From contig CDROCS010002743.1 of assembly GCA_977020255.1 (NCBI GenBank), positions 186,001-250,000 of the forward strand: DNA of 64,000 bases. Direction: 5' to 3'. This document shows, in pieces, positions 49,159-61,758 of this stretch. This stretch comes from Obrimoposthia wandeli. Taxonomy: Eukaryota. The number at the start of each line of letters is the position of its first letter. Position 1 is the stretch's first letter. The translations under genes were made by a program, and so were the position numbers. A model generated the notes under the pieces. That model ran no database searches, was not told the DNA's origin, and saw only the letters and a list, made by a program, of their open reading frames with translations.

Positions 49159-49411
49159 TTAGTTGAAGCGGGCCGATGCGTGCTGACGCTTGACCAGAGC
49201 GAGTTTAGGCGCGATTTTATCGAGCGAGGCTGGCAGGCGGTCGTAGGGCCGGGCCTGAGTACCATGCAGCACCAACACCCACTCGCTCAATACCGCCTGA
49301 CCCAGCACATCCCCGCTGTTGTCACTGCCACCAGACACGTCTAACATCACCGTCAACCGCCACCGACCGCGCGGGTTCTCGCCCCACGTATGTGTCGTCA
49401 TGAATGGCCAT
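49159..49411 (-). CDS. PCSK2: Prohormone convertase 2, terminal exon (end of P domain)
   Basis: cag|A TGG; WPFMTTHTWGENPRGRW...EWVLVLHGTQ...SARFN*. Confidence 0.95.
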
Positions 49412-51019
49412 CTGCGCAGTAGATAATCAAATAATAATATATAATCAAAAGTGCCTGGTATTAATAACTTCTTTAAAAGCTTTTTGTGGGTATCAATGGT
49501 CTCGTCATTTCTAGTGTCATTATTTAATATCATACTGCCTCATTATTTAATCTTTATTCATTCAAGTTTCTATTTCTATTAGAAGTTTCCATCAATTACA
49601 TATTATTGAAGTACTCAGACTTTAAATATTTTAGAATTCAATTAAGAATATTTTATTCTACACAAACGTATTTCTTCATTAACGTCTAATATATGCAAAT
49701 TTCTTTAACCAGAAAATCGTACAAAGTTAATAAGAATTTTTTAAAACTATGTATCAACTTATAGGAGAGTTTTTTGAACATCGAATATCTATAGTCTGAT
49801 CTAAACGAAATTATAGAATGTGTTCCTATTATCCTAAGTATTTTTAAATATTGTTTATTTTTAAATTATTTCACAAAATAAATTTATACAATTGAACGCA
49901 TTTCTAGTCTATGGAGAAGCCTTGTGGTAGTCAATGTAAAAATGCCATTCAATCTGAGCATTCATGGAAGACTACACCCATCAACGAGGTTTTAGAGCAA
50001 TCAATACCCTAAAAGTTTGACTATAGTGTGTGCATTATATATAGAAAACTGATGCAATAAACGATATACATGAAAGTCTTATATTTTGAACTGATCCAAT
50101 ATACAGTGTATGATTTTAGTCTTTCGAAAGCCATTTAAGATGCACACATATTAATAATCCATTCACAAATTGTTGAAAATTTTACTTTTCATAGCTCTTT
50201 TCCTTTAGTGAACGAAAAAAACCATTGATCATCCTTTCCCCTAGTTTTGAATGTTGGCCTTGAAGCTTTTGTTGGCAGATATTCGTAATGGCTCTAATAT
50301 CTTGTAAGGTATCCAGGTATCACTACAATAAAGGAATTTTTCTATTTTTCTTCTTTCCTTCAAATGTGACGAGGTATCATAGCTAAGAAGAGACTTTGGT
50401 TTGATTTTAGCAATTAATTTGATTTGATTTCAATTGCTAAAATTATTTAAAATCACATTTTTGGTAATAAGATCTATCCTGTAAACGAACAGTTATCATA
50501 AGGTAAAATCATAACAAGCTTGAACCAGGCCTAAGCCTTTTGTAAACTCCATCCCTTCTTAGCGAAAACAAAATAAGCCCGTAACGGCTTTAAACTCATT
50601 TAAACCATACAGATCTGGAATTGTTTTGGACGTTCGTCAACCAACATTGTTTAACGCTTCTCGTTGTGAATTGTATTTTGTGTTAACCTATTTTATTATA
50701 ATTTGAGTATCGTTCTTACATTGTATATTTGTTATCGTAATACGATATTATTCGATTAAGTATTGTTTTGAAGATAAACCTAGACAATTTATGATCTAGA
50801 GAATAGCCCTCGGCCTTTAACCGAAAAAACATATATTTTTAGTAGTCATCGACTCACTGATTGATCAATGATTTACAATAAAGTAGATGCATAAAAACAC
50901 ATAACTTCAGATAATGTCTGATAATAAAAGAATAGGCCATCCATACAAGACATATCACTCTAAAGAACTCACGCACCAGAGGCTTCCCCAAGAAGTATTT
51001 CAACTCTGGTCCCAATACG

Positions 51020-51480
51020 TATACCCATATCTTCTAAAGCCACATTAAAAATAGCTGCAGCAGCTCTGAAACTTACACATTATCTATCAACCGTTATCGA
51101 TAAATTTTTATAAGAATATCTGTTTTGCTTATTTTTTGCAACTCAAAATCTGGAACAAAGTGATTGTCCCTTTCCATGTTTTTCACTTGAGTCTTCTGAC
51201 ATTTCAAAAGTATCTAGTTCACTGTACTTCATTCGTACTTTCTTTTTTATTGTTCATTTTCTAGTAGAAGTTGCTCTGTCGATTGGCCCAAGCTGTTTTT
51301 TCTTTCATTTGTCCAAAAAATACATCCCATTCATTTATTGGTGATCTTACTTTGCGTCGGCAATCTTTTCGAGCCATTTTTATCATTTCTTGGGCAAATG
51401 TTGAACATCTGTTGAAAATCGTGAAACTTGTCATTTCTTCTTTTCAGTGGAACTTTATTTAATTTTATTCCCGAGGCATG
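51020..51480 (-). mobile_element. Relic of an unassigned DNA-transposon protein
   Basis: Minus strand gives KVPLKRR...FQQMFNICP...EWDVFFGQMKEKQLGPIDRAT and VSFRAAAAIFNVALEDMG, a pattern recalled from invertebrate transposon-associated ORFs. Confidence 0.45.
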
Positions 51481-52042
51481 TAATCTTTCAACTTTGCTTG
51501 AAATTCCTTCAAGGGAAATACGAGGGAAAAAAAACTGATTACAAATATTTTCTACATCTTTTGAATCTCTTCTGTAAATTCCTTTAGAAATTGTATGGCT
51601 TTTGATAAAATTTCTTCTCTATTTAAAACGAACAGATAATGTCGAATTACATCAGCATTTGCCGATATCATAGAATCAGGAAACGATGTTGGCTGTTCAA
51701 AAATATAATTTCAATATATTTGCTTCTTATAGACCTTTTGAAATAATAGATTCAAAAATTGGAATTAAAAATTATATTGATTAAAAATAACTTTATAATC
51801 GAACAAAATATATATGGACACTGCAAATGTTTGAATGTTGAAGGAGGAATGGTGCAAGGAGTACAAGGGATAAAATATCTTTAATATTTTGTTATTTAAT
51901 TAAGAGAACAGTACAGAACTCTTCGAAGGATGCTAAATGAGGAAAATAAATTAAAAAATATCAGCTTTGACCATTCTTAGTGCGTATCAAAAACTAAAAT
52001 TTAGGGCAGTTGCCTAGACACACTGAGAGAGAAGATACTAAC

Positions 52043-52327
52043 TTGGTGAAGCCCTTGCCACCGGCGTCAGCGTCGCGGGGTCGTCTCCCGAGCAGCATGC
52101 TGGTGGTGCCCATCGGTGAGGTCAAGAACAATGTGATGTCGCCTCGGCGTGAGGCCGATAGTGTCACGAAGGCCTGCACGTGCTCTAAGAACCTCACACG
52201 ATGTCCGGCCTCGGCACCACAGGCGTCTGTGTCCACCTCCAGCACTAGGGCGCGCGTGGCATTTACCCGGTAGCGCTTCGTGATGCTACCTGCGATGCAG
52301 TGAAAGCGCTCCGGCACGTTCTGCCAA
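52043..52327 (-). CDS. PCSK2: PCSK2 exon (P domain)
   Basis: tag|T TGG...ACC AA|gttagt, 285 nt. WQNVPERFHC...FLEHVQA...SRRGDITLFLTSPMGTTSMLL.RRPRD. Confidence 0.96.
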
Positions 52328-53569
52328 CTATGGGAGGAAACTTTGTTAGGAGTGTTTGCATAGCATCGATACTTTTATTTAAGCAATAAATTTAATTTAT
52401 CTATAATTTATGAATCAATGTCGAAAGGAGCGCCAAAATTCGCTGTTTAATAATTGACTAATTAATGTCTAATTGTGTGAACGATTTTATTAATAAAGAG
52501 CTCCATATATATTATTTTGGGTCTTTAATATCTATTTATATTTATATATAGTCTACTCGTTAATCCGATTGTTGTCGTTTCCAAAGAAATATGACAGATT
52601 AACATTATGTGGAATATAACATTTTGTATTTATCAGAAATTACATTGAAATTCATTTAAATTCAAATATATTGAAATAGTGAGTATTACATATTTGTCAC
52701 AGATTTATTAGTCGCATCCAGTGTCGAATAAACGCAGTGGCTTCAGTGGCTGAGACCCAGGGACCTCCAGTAATTGAAGGGCTTTCAGATATTAGGCGGC
52801 AATTCTTTTCAATAGAAAGTTGCTGTACTCAAATGAAAGCACTCATCTTTATAGGTATTTGCAGTTGTTTAAAATATGATAAAGAGTATGATAGAAAATA
52901 CTTTTTAGATTAAAAATTAAAAAAATATATATATTGTTTGTGATGCATTTTATGTTTTATGCGAGTTTTAATGTGTTTAAAAATGTTTATTTTTATTCAT
53001 TAACGATCGTGTATCGATCGGTAATTGGCAGCTTAGCTGTGTAATTGAAATTGATGGTTGTATAAATAAATCGATACGAAATCTTTATCGTGTTATCTCC
53101 TCTTATCGCTACTTCAATACCATCAACTAACGAATTGTCTTACTATTGAACCTGCTATATATATGGATCTATACAAAAATACAGACAGAGCTTCAACCCA
53201 CATTATTAGTGTATTTATAGAACAATCATTGGACTTAGTACAGCATTTCATTTTCTGTATATTCACATTCCCCTAAACATTTCTCTACATTATACCCACA
53301 AGGATAACAATATTAATAGGAAAGTTAAATAGTTACATTTTTGCGTTGTGTGAGAAGGAAATTGGAATGAGAAAACGTTTTAATGCAATACATTGTATCA
53401 CTTACAATGCGCATGTGTATTTTCTCCTTCTATTTACAGTGCAAACAGCATATTTTATAAATAAATATATGTATAATTGCAGTGCAGTCGCCACCTACGT
53501 AGGAAAATACTTGCAATTAAGTGCTACTTCTGAATTTTAATGTGCCATTATATCGTCTAGTCATTGATT

Positions 53570-54188
53570 CCACGCACAAATAGCCCTGAAGATAAACGTG
53601 TGCTTAATGATCACTAATGCAACTAGTGAGAGAAATTTCTCAATGCTGAAACAAATAAACAATGAGCTCAAATCAACTTTGACCTAAACGCACCTGATGT
53701 GGCTGTTATATCAGTTGAAAACAATATACTACAAAATTTGCAGTTTTCAGATGTCTGGCGGGTGTTGGCAATAAATTTCGTAAAGCAAATATGATAATTA
53801 TACATTACTTACAATATTATAATTCTTTTGCTTTTATTTATGTCGTATTACACTGGCAAACTAGTCTAAGTCTAAATACAAAGTCTACAGATGTCAGGTG
53901 AAAAATTGCATAATTCAATTAATGTTAAGTTGATTTAATTTTCAATTACTGTAAACAAAAGAAAACTCCTTTTACTTTTTTAATAACATGCATAATGACA
54001 TTATACAAAATAAGCAGCTGTATTGTAATAGCTTACAAAAAAACGTTTACTCAAAAAGTTGATTCAGGATTATTGTTACCATATTATCGTAACATGGTTA
54101 CCAATAAATTAAAAATATTATCAACGTCCAGGTAGGGGTCTCGCTGAAACTGTAGACCAGGACCCCACAATGTTATAATCTGGCCCTG
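53570..54188 (+). mobile_element. hAT transposase C-terminal dimerisation-domain relic with right end
   Basis: IALKINVCLMITNATSERNFSMLKQINNELKSTL...AVISVEN. Terminus ATAATCTGGCCCTG (revcomp CAGGGCCAGATTAT). Confidence 0.75.
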
Positions 54189-54619
54189 AATATAACGCTG
54201 TAATTCTCATTTTGTAGATACATTTAAAATCTGTGTTCATATGCTGAATCTTTGATGTCATATTAGGACGTGTATGTCAATTCAAGATGCCTTGTTGGCT
54301 CTTTAAAATGTCGCTTATTGTCATTTGAGCAATATTGATTCCAAATTCGTATGAAACATTTTCTTTAACTTGTAATTTTGTTGCTGATATGTTTATTTTT
54401 GTAGTTGTGAATTTTATTTTTATTTCGCTGTTATTCCGGTACATTTTCTCCTTTCATTCACTAAAGAAGTTAAAATTCAAAATAATTTAAAAAATAATAA
54501 ATTCAAACAAATAATCATTTTGAGATTTTGTTCGATTACATAAGTGTACAAAAAAGGAATGTGTCATGAAACAATAGAGGGTGATTTTTTAGCCATGAAT
54601 TTTAAAATTTAACTCATTT

Positions 54620-54900
54620 TTGTATCACATCAACTTTCTTCTCAGTGTGGAGTAGTCTATGTGTGATTCGAGAAAATGCATTTTATACTCATGCAAAAGC
54701 CAAGATCAATAAAACTTTGCATCATATACTTCACAATTTGTAAATATTGCGTTACCCAAGACATTTTCACATAATTCTGTGAAAAGAGACCGGGGATTTC
54801 TTTGCTTCCATTGAGCACATCAATTATTTGAGGAACAATAGAATCTTCGCATGTTAATTTTCCACACTGATTCGTGAGAACTTTGTCGGCAAATACTTGA
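54620..54900 (-). mobile_element. CMC/Chapaev-like transposase relic
   Basis: Across frames: IVPQII, ENVLGN, LGFCMSIK, MHFLESHIDY, matching the GPQI..FLGN..LGxxMSxKxHFLxSHLD pattern. Confidence 0.65.
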
Positions 54901-55528
54901 ACATATCACCAACTTTATTCAGAGCATTGTCAAAGTTTTTCATAAACAAAGATTTTCATAAACTTAATGTGCAAATGAGGCAGTAGTACTTTATTTATAA
55001 ATTTAAACAAATTTAATTGATTTATTTAAAAAAACTATATGTAATAGTCAAAAAATGAAAATAGTTTTAGAATCTGCTCTAAAATGCTTATAGAATATTA
55101 TTATCATTTTCTGTAAAACACAATTATGCATAATAGTGTAATTGCAAGCATTTTAAAGCTTGTTCATGAAGAGTTTTTTGAATAAATCTACTTGGAATCT
55201 CATTGCATTGCTTATACATACTTCTTTCATCTGACCATTTCTAGGAATATCCTTGTCTAGAATATAATAAATATTAACCACATTTTCCAACTAGTTTCTC
55301 TGTATTGAATAAAGACGTCTTCGTTTCGATTTTGGTGATCGTTTCCATGTATGTGCCCTATTTCGAAGCAAATATGAAATAGAACTAACGTAAAAAAGCC
55401 AGTTTCGTTAGCCAAATGGTATTACATTTTTAGATTTGTAGAAAAGATATCTTTCAGGTTTATTTAGAAGTCAAAATCAAAGTGCGTATTATATAATTAG
55501 ATTTTTATGGTTACTGCGCTCAGTTTAC

Positions 55529-55948
55529 CTGCGCGCAACTCGGACAATATCGCCAGCATCGAGGACGCCGTAACCGAATAGATGGTTGAACTCGAGGCCG
55601 GCACCGTTAATGGTCCAGTTGTGTCGTCCAGCGCGGTCGTGCAAGTGATTGCGCTTGCTGGTGAGCACAGCCAGGTGCTGCACATCTCTCCAGCCCAGAC
55701 CGGAGTTGGCCTCCAGAGCCAACGCAAACACACCAGCCGCTTCTGGTGCCGCCGCCGAGGTACCAGAGTGATGTAGCGTGCATCTGCCGTACAGGTCCAC
55801 AGTGCCCACTCCAGCATCGAGGCTGAACCAGGCCTTGCCATTGGAGAAGGTGGAGGCCAGTGTGCTGGAGCACGACTCGTCATAACTCGCAGTTTCTCCG
55901 TCATTTGTGGCCGAGTTGATGCTCACCGTCCACATGCTCGCTGCGTAT
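55529..55948 (-). CDS. PCSK2: PCSK2 exon (catalytic Ser)
   Basis: cag|A TAC...CGC AG|gtaaac, 420 nt. YAASMWTVSINSA...YDESCSSTLASTFSNG...HSGTSAAAPEAAGVFALALEAN...LEFNHLFGYGVLDAG. Confidence 0.97.
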
Positions 55949-56454
55949 CTGCATCGACAAAGGGAGAGAGATATTTCCATCACATTTATGCTCAGAGGGA
56001 TCATATAACGGTATCAAACACATTTTGATAAAATATAGAGTTCTTCCACGAATCAATCAACTCATTATCAATTGTAAAATATAGAATATTGTATTGGCCA
56101 ATGAAAATTGGTTAAAGAAAATGACAAATATTTACTAAAAGGTTTGTTCACTCTATAAACTTAACTTGAATTTATTATACAAAATTTTTGAAAAACTGTT
56201 GTTAATGGCAAACATCAGTTTGTCAAAATGCAATTCATTGTATGATAAATGCGAATTTCATGTTTATTTAATAATTGAACTGTTGTCAGTTTTAAAATGT
56301 TTTGAATAAATAAACAAATTCTAAATGCAATTCTAAATCGTTTTAAAGATAGATAATATTAAGTTAAGTATTTGACAAACTTTAGCTACTTACAAATTAT
56401 AAATGCATAATGTCTAACAAAAAACTTAGTTTGGTTATCAGGAGAGATTTACAG

Positions 56455-56500
56455 GTCACGACAGTTCAGTGGTAAAATGCACGGCTTGCAAGTTGTTCAA
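56455..56500 (+). repeat. Truncated tRNA-derived (SINE-like) head
   Basis: GTCACGACAGTTCAGTGGTAAAATGCACGGCTTGCAAGT is homologous to 57728-57800 (-). Has an A-box and a TTGCAA loop. Confidence 0.5.
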
Positions 56501-57727
56501 TTGCGGTAGGTAATTAATTATTACGATAGTTTTACATAAAATCATAGAAAAACAACATTTTAATGGTTCATATCAGTTAATGTGTACTGCGTCGCAATTT
56601 TGAAACCATATAATCTTATATTGAACAAAAACTATTCGTTATGTGTCATTTTAAATTAAAAAAGTTAGATTTTACGTACATAGTATAAATCCAAATTGCA
56701 TTTTTTCTGGCACGTAATTAGCCGAGGAAAAAATTTGATACATTTAATTTATCAATACTTATCTGAATTATGAAGCAACAATTAACATGAAATGAACAGT
56801 AAAAAATAATCAAGGATATTAAATTAAAACACAAAAAGATCTCCGAAGTTTCTGCAGAATGAAATTATTTCGTTCTTCTTTCCTCCATTTAGATAAAATC
56901 AAGGCAGTTACTGCTGAAACATCAAATAACGAATATCAGAGACAGGAATACCAGATTTTGAAAATTCTAATGCGTGACAATTTTCTTAAAATATTCTCTA
57001 TCGGCCGTTATTACGTTGAGAATATAATTATTTAAACGTTTATTTTCCATACAATAACATTATTTACATTGTTATTGGTATAAATTCTTACATTTTTTAC
57101 TTTTTAATGTTTTGTTTGAAAAGCTTTAAAACAAAAGTGACACAAATATAATCTTTGTTATAGTTATATTCGTTATTACAATAAATTTAATTTATTCCTA
57201 TGTGTATTTAAAGTCATATAAAAACAACAATTTTTGCCTTGTTGCGGGATGCAGGACAAACAAGTCTGGCATATCTGGTTTTCGGACAAAATTGTAGGAA
57301 ATCAGTCTTCTTTAAACTAAAAAAGAATACTTTTATTTTTTACAAATTTGCGGATTGTTTCGATTGTTTTTAACATGCATAGTTAAATAGATATGTAACC
57401 TAAACAAAAATATGAAAACATTTGAAGACATTTTTTTAGTAATTAATAAAACAAACAAAATTTAAATATGCATGACATTTGAAAAAATATTTAATGGGAT
57501 AAATTTTTATATAAAGGATATTGTTTGAAATATATTTTGTGTTTCAAATCTTTGATCTCAATTGGCGACACATTAACGATATCCAACTATTATTTAGTAC
57601 ATATCAAAATAATTTTTTATATTTTATAATTCAAAAAGGTGTTGGTGCTAAAAAAATGGAATAGCTAATTCATATTCTAATTCATATAAGTCCATACTAC
57701 TTTCTGTTGTTAGAACCTAAAATTAGT

Positions 57728-57800
57728 TGCCATGACTGATAATTGAACCACGGGTCTCACTACTTGCAAATTACGTATTCTACCGCTGAACTATTGTGGC
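57728..57800 (-). pseudogene. tRNA-Cys(GCA)-like pseudogene or SINE head
   Basis: GCCACAATAGTTCAGCGGTAGAATACGTAATTTGCAAGTAGTGAGACCCGTGGTTCAATTATCAGTCATGGCA has A- and B-box-like motifs and a GCA loop, but poorly paired anticodon and T stems. Confidence 0.55.
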
Positions 57801-57977
57801 TTTAATTCTCTACCATTAACCCAATTCGGGATTTGTGAATGGGGATTGAGCATTTATAATGGCAATAACTGATTTTTAGGAAATATTTATCTTATCAATC
57901 TTCCCCAACATTCTAAAACTTCCGAGTCTTCTTTTCATAGATCCACACGATATCTTTGTGTAATTAGTGAGTCTCAC

Positions 57978-58237
57978 CCATCGCAGTTGCAGTCATCAGC
58001 CGCACCCCCGTCTCCAGAAGCCCAGACATAGATGCTTCCCTTGCCACCGCGACCCTTGTTGACACCATCCACTATGGCGCGCATCGTCTCGTTCCTGGGC
58101 CCGTCCACGGTGCGGCCATCGTCAGTGGGACCCCAGCTCGCAGAGTAGATGTCAATGATGTCACGCTCGTGGCTCATGGCAGCCGCCTCGATCAGGTCCG
58201 TCATGTATGGCTGGTCCAGCATCCGCAGTCCAGCAAT
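57978..58237 (-). CDS. PCSK2: PCSK2 exon (oxyanion-hole Asp)
   Basis: tag|ATT...GAT GG|gtgaga, 260 nt. IAGLRMLDQPYMTDLIEA...DIYSASWGPTDDGRTVDGP...SIYVWASGDGGAADDCNCDG carries the PC2-specific Asp. Confidence 0.97.
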
Positions 58238-59788
58238 CTATTCAACAAATCGAAGTGTTTGCTGATAAAAGTCAAAGTAAAATCATGCATAATAAAACAT
58301 CGTAAGCAAAGAAAGTACTATTTACATTTTATTAGATAAATATATAAATTAGTCTAAAGTTATTCTGTTCATATTTTTAAGTTATTTATTATTTAAATTT
58401 ACCAAACTCAGAATGTAACCTACTTTCCCATAAATAGTTAGATAAATGTTTTAAAAAACGAACATTTGAATTTACCTACACTTGGAATTTTCCCCATTGA
58501 TGCGGACAGTAGAAAGTAGTACGTTACGTTACAAAGTAACTTTTTTAGTTACTCGATAAACTAAAATTGCAATAAATATCCATATCTTTTAATTTAAATC
58601 AATTTGTTAAATCGTAACAGTTGTAGTTTATTCTCTCACATTTTACACTAGAGAGGCAATTTTGACGAGGGGCTTAAACAGCTTTGAACTTAGGAACACT
58701 GAATGAAAAAATACAATTACACTTCAAAAAATATTGGACAGAGAAAATGAAGAATATTTAAGTCTGCTTCATTAAACGATAAGTAAGAAACAATTTCTGC
58801 TTCAATTTGGTAACTTATTTGAGGTTGTAAAAGAGTTTGAATAATTTAATAAAAAACAATCATCATCTGTATTATTCAACATTATAGGTTCATTTGACCG
58901 TCCATTAACTGATATTGAAAGAGCTTTAGCCTCTAATGAGAAAGTTGTACTTATAGTCATTTGCAATCTCAACATATGTAACTACAAATGTATTTTTAAC
59001 CAATGAAGGTTAGCCTTGTTACGATGCTTTAAGAACATTATTATGTATACATACTGTGGTTGAAGAACATTAAATTTGCTAGTATTTACAGGAAGATTGA
59101 TAAAAGTTAGTTTTAACTCTACCCAACCATTGCTTTCTGAAATGTTCATTCAGAATTTGATTATGTTTATTAAAAGCCATTGGAGTTTTTAAAATATATT
59201 ATTCACTAAATAAGAAGCTTTTCATGTCGCCAAAACAAAAAAACTACAACACCAAATGTCTTACAAATCAAAACTTTTTGTATCACAAAATATCGGACTA
59301 TTATATAACAGACACACAACAAGAACTCTAAAGTGCATCTTATTTTGGCCAATACCGAAGTCACATAAGATTTAGCAATTTGCTTATTCACTTAATCCAT
59401 TTGTACAAATAGTACAAATTAATTTGAATATTTAACATATTCTCTGTATCAATACACAGTTTTTAAAGAATCTTTCATCACATACTAAAGTATTGATATT
59501 TCAGTGAACAATGACCGTGAAATTAACACATATTTGCACACAGACAATTACACATAGAAGCATTTAAACACAGAAAATTATATCTCTAATTATGTCTATT
59601 CATGTGCAGTATCACACTTTACAAAATTTTCAGTGTTTCACCAATTTATTGTTTTAGAAAACATACAATCCACTAAGTTAACTTTTGTTGTTGTAAACTT
59701 ACCAACAAAATATAAGTTACTTATTACTTGGAATACTGAATGTAACTAGTTACAACGTAACACTGGATACATTGCTGCAGGAGCTCAC

Positions 59789-60215
59789 CTTGGAGTTGTA
59801 GGCGACCCCGACGCCACATATGTCGTTATCACGGGCTGCTGAGATTTCGCCAGCGCACCGGGTACCGTGGCTGTTGAACCAATCATCAGTATAGCGCGGG
59901 AACGGGTATGGATCGTTGCTACTGAAGTCATAGCTAGCTTCGGCGTTGTAATTGGCTGACAGATCCGGATGCAGGTAGTCGATACCGTCGTCCATTATTG
60001 CCGTTGTCACTCCCTTCCCGGTGATTCCCTGCTGCCAGGCGTCCAGCACATTGAGGTCAAGGTCACGCACACCTTCAGCTTGCCCGGTGTTGTGGATGTA
60101 CCACTCCTTGGTGAACAGCGGGTCCGTAGGCAGCGGCAGAGTGGGTTCTGCGTTCGCTGTCCCAGTTGCAGCGTTACCCACGTGTGACTTGGGTCGTCCA
60201 GGCACACCTTTCTTC
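59789..60215 (-). CDS. PCSK2: PCSK2 exon (catalytic Asp and His)
   Basis: tag|G AAG...AAG|gtgagc, 427 nt. DPLFTKEWY...TAIMDDGIDYLHPDL...PRYTDDWFNSHGTRCAGEISAARDN.ICGVGVAYNSK. Confidence 0.97.
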
Positions 60216-60539
60216 CTACACAAGCAACAGTGCCCTGTAAATCATGGTAGTCACAGAATATGCTCATCCTACGGATAAAATAAAATACAAATTCTTACCT
60301 TATTTAATGAAATATATTAATTTATTAAATATTCTAATTTTGTAATTTTAGCAGAAACGCTTTCAAGTTGGTTAGGTCCTTTGAGAGAAAAGTTGGATAA
60401 CTAAACGCTTGATATTTTACTTTCTAACCTTAGTTACTTCGAATACTTTAGTGGATAATTTCTCCAGAAGCTATTAATCATCAATCAACAATAAATTCAC
60501 GATCAACATTTATCCCTTTAGCGCATCTTTCGAGCAGGT

Positions 60540-60710
60540 TTGTGATTCTTAGTCGAAAAAAAGCGCCTGGACGTCTAGGGTCATGAGAAAGACAGCCCAA
60601 AGAATAAAGATCTTGTGGAAGTAACTAATCAGAATGCTAAAACCCTACTATAAATTATTCAGCACCATGCTGCATTAGGAGCTATCCTTTACAAAGATCA
60701 ATAACTATAC
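60540..60710 (+). mobile_element. Merlin (IS1595/ISXO2-like) transposase relic
   Basis: VEVTNQNAKTLL*IIQHHAALGAILYKDQ*LY resembles the VxDRxxxTLxxIIxxxVxPGxxIxSDxWxxY core. Confidence 0.55.
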
Positions 60711-61682
60711 TTATTTCCAATATAGATCAATATTTAATTTCTTGTATTTCTTGTAACATTAATCTGTAGTTCATATTTTGAAAAACAAAGCATTACATTT
60801 ATTACTTCGAAATCCCTTGATGCTAAATTTGTTTTTTCTAATTTAAATTATTTCAAATTTAAAAATACAACTAATAAAGTTTACTATAATGAAAACGTAT
60901 AAATGTCATAGTAATTTTAACTCCCATTAAAGTGTTCAGAAATCATTCGCTATTTAATACGACAATTAATAATAAAGAAACAGAATAAAATGAAGAATTC
61001 TTTCACATTTCTTGAGAACAAAACACAAATTGAAAACATTTTGATCAATGTATTCAATATAAAATATCTTGACAGTTTAAGACACCAGATTAGAAAGAAT
61101 AAAGCAAGCCTGACAATCAATTTTTGTTCCGATTATCAGATTCAATTTTCCTGTCATTAAAATTTTGAGATTGGAATCATTAGTACACACAAAATTGTAC
61201 ATATATACAAATTCAAGCTTTATAAATGAAAAGAAAAAAAATATTTTTTTATAAAATGTTTTTTGAAATAATAGTTAGCAAAATGAAAACTTTAATAAAA
61301 TTATGTTTAAGAGATGTATTCAAGAAATTTCCTTAACTAAAGAAACTCCTTAGCTAAGGAACTCCTTAACTTTCTCTTTAAGTTCATTTCATAATTAAAA
61401 CTTCCATTCCATTTCACATATTTTAAATCGCAACAAAGATTGATTGTTAATTGCTCTCACTGTAACAATGCTTGATCGCTTACTACCTATGCTAAAGGTT
61501 GTGACGGTAACCATTTACTTTTTAGCATATGCAGAATCGTAGTCACTTGCTCGAACTCACTCTTCATAGAATTCAAGTATCCTATTCATCTAATCTTTCA
61601 ATTTCAGTCTAGTGCGGTTGAAAGTTGTATGTATGTCTCAGTTAAAACAATTTTAGGCATATAGATTTTTAAATCCAAGCAG

Positions 61683-61758
61683 GAAATTTCATTCCATACA
61701 CACATGCACAGGTTTACAGGACTGGTGTGCCTCCCCGGGACACATCCACTATTATACT
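61683..61758 (+). mobile_element. Partial diverged right arm of the 39092-39265 fold-back family
   Basis: GAAATTTCATTCCATACACACATGCAC...GGACACATCCA...TACT matches the right arm at 39185-39265. Confidence 0.7.

Noticed and set aside
55497-60278. Multiple overlapping ORFs over PCSK2 exons
   Set aside because: Shadow frames of GC-rich exons.
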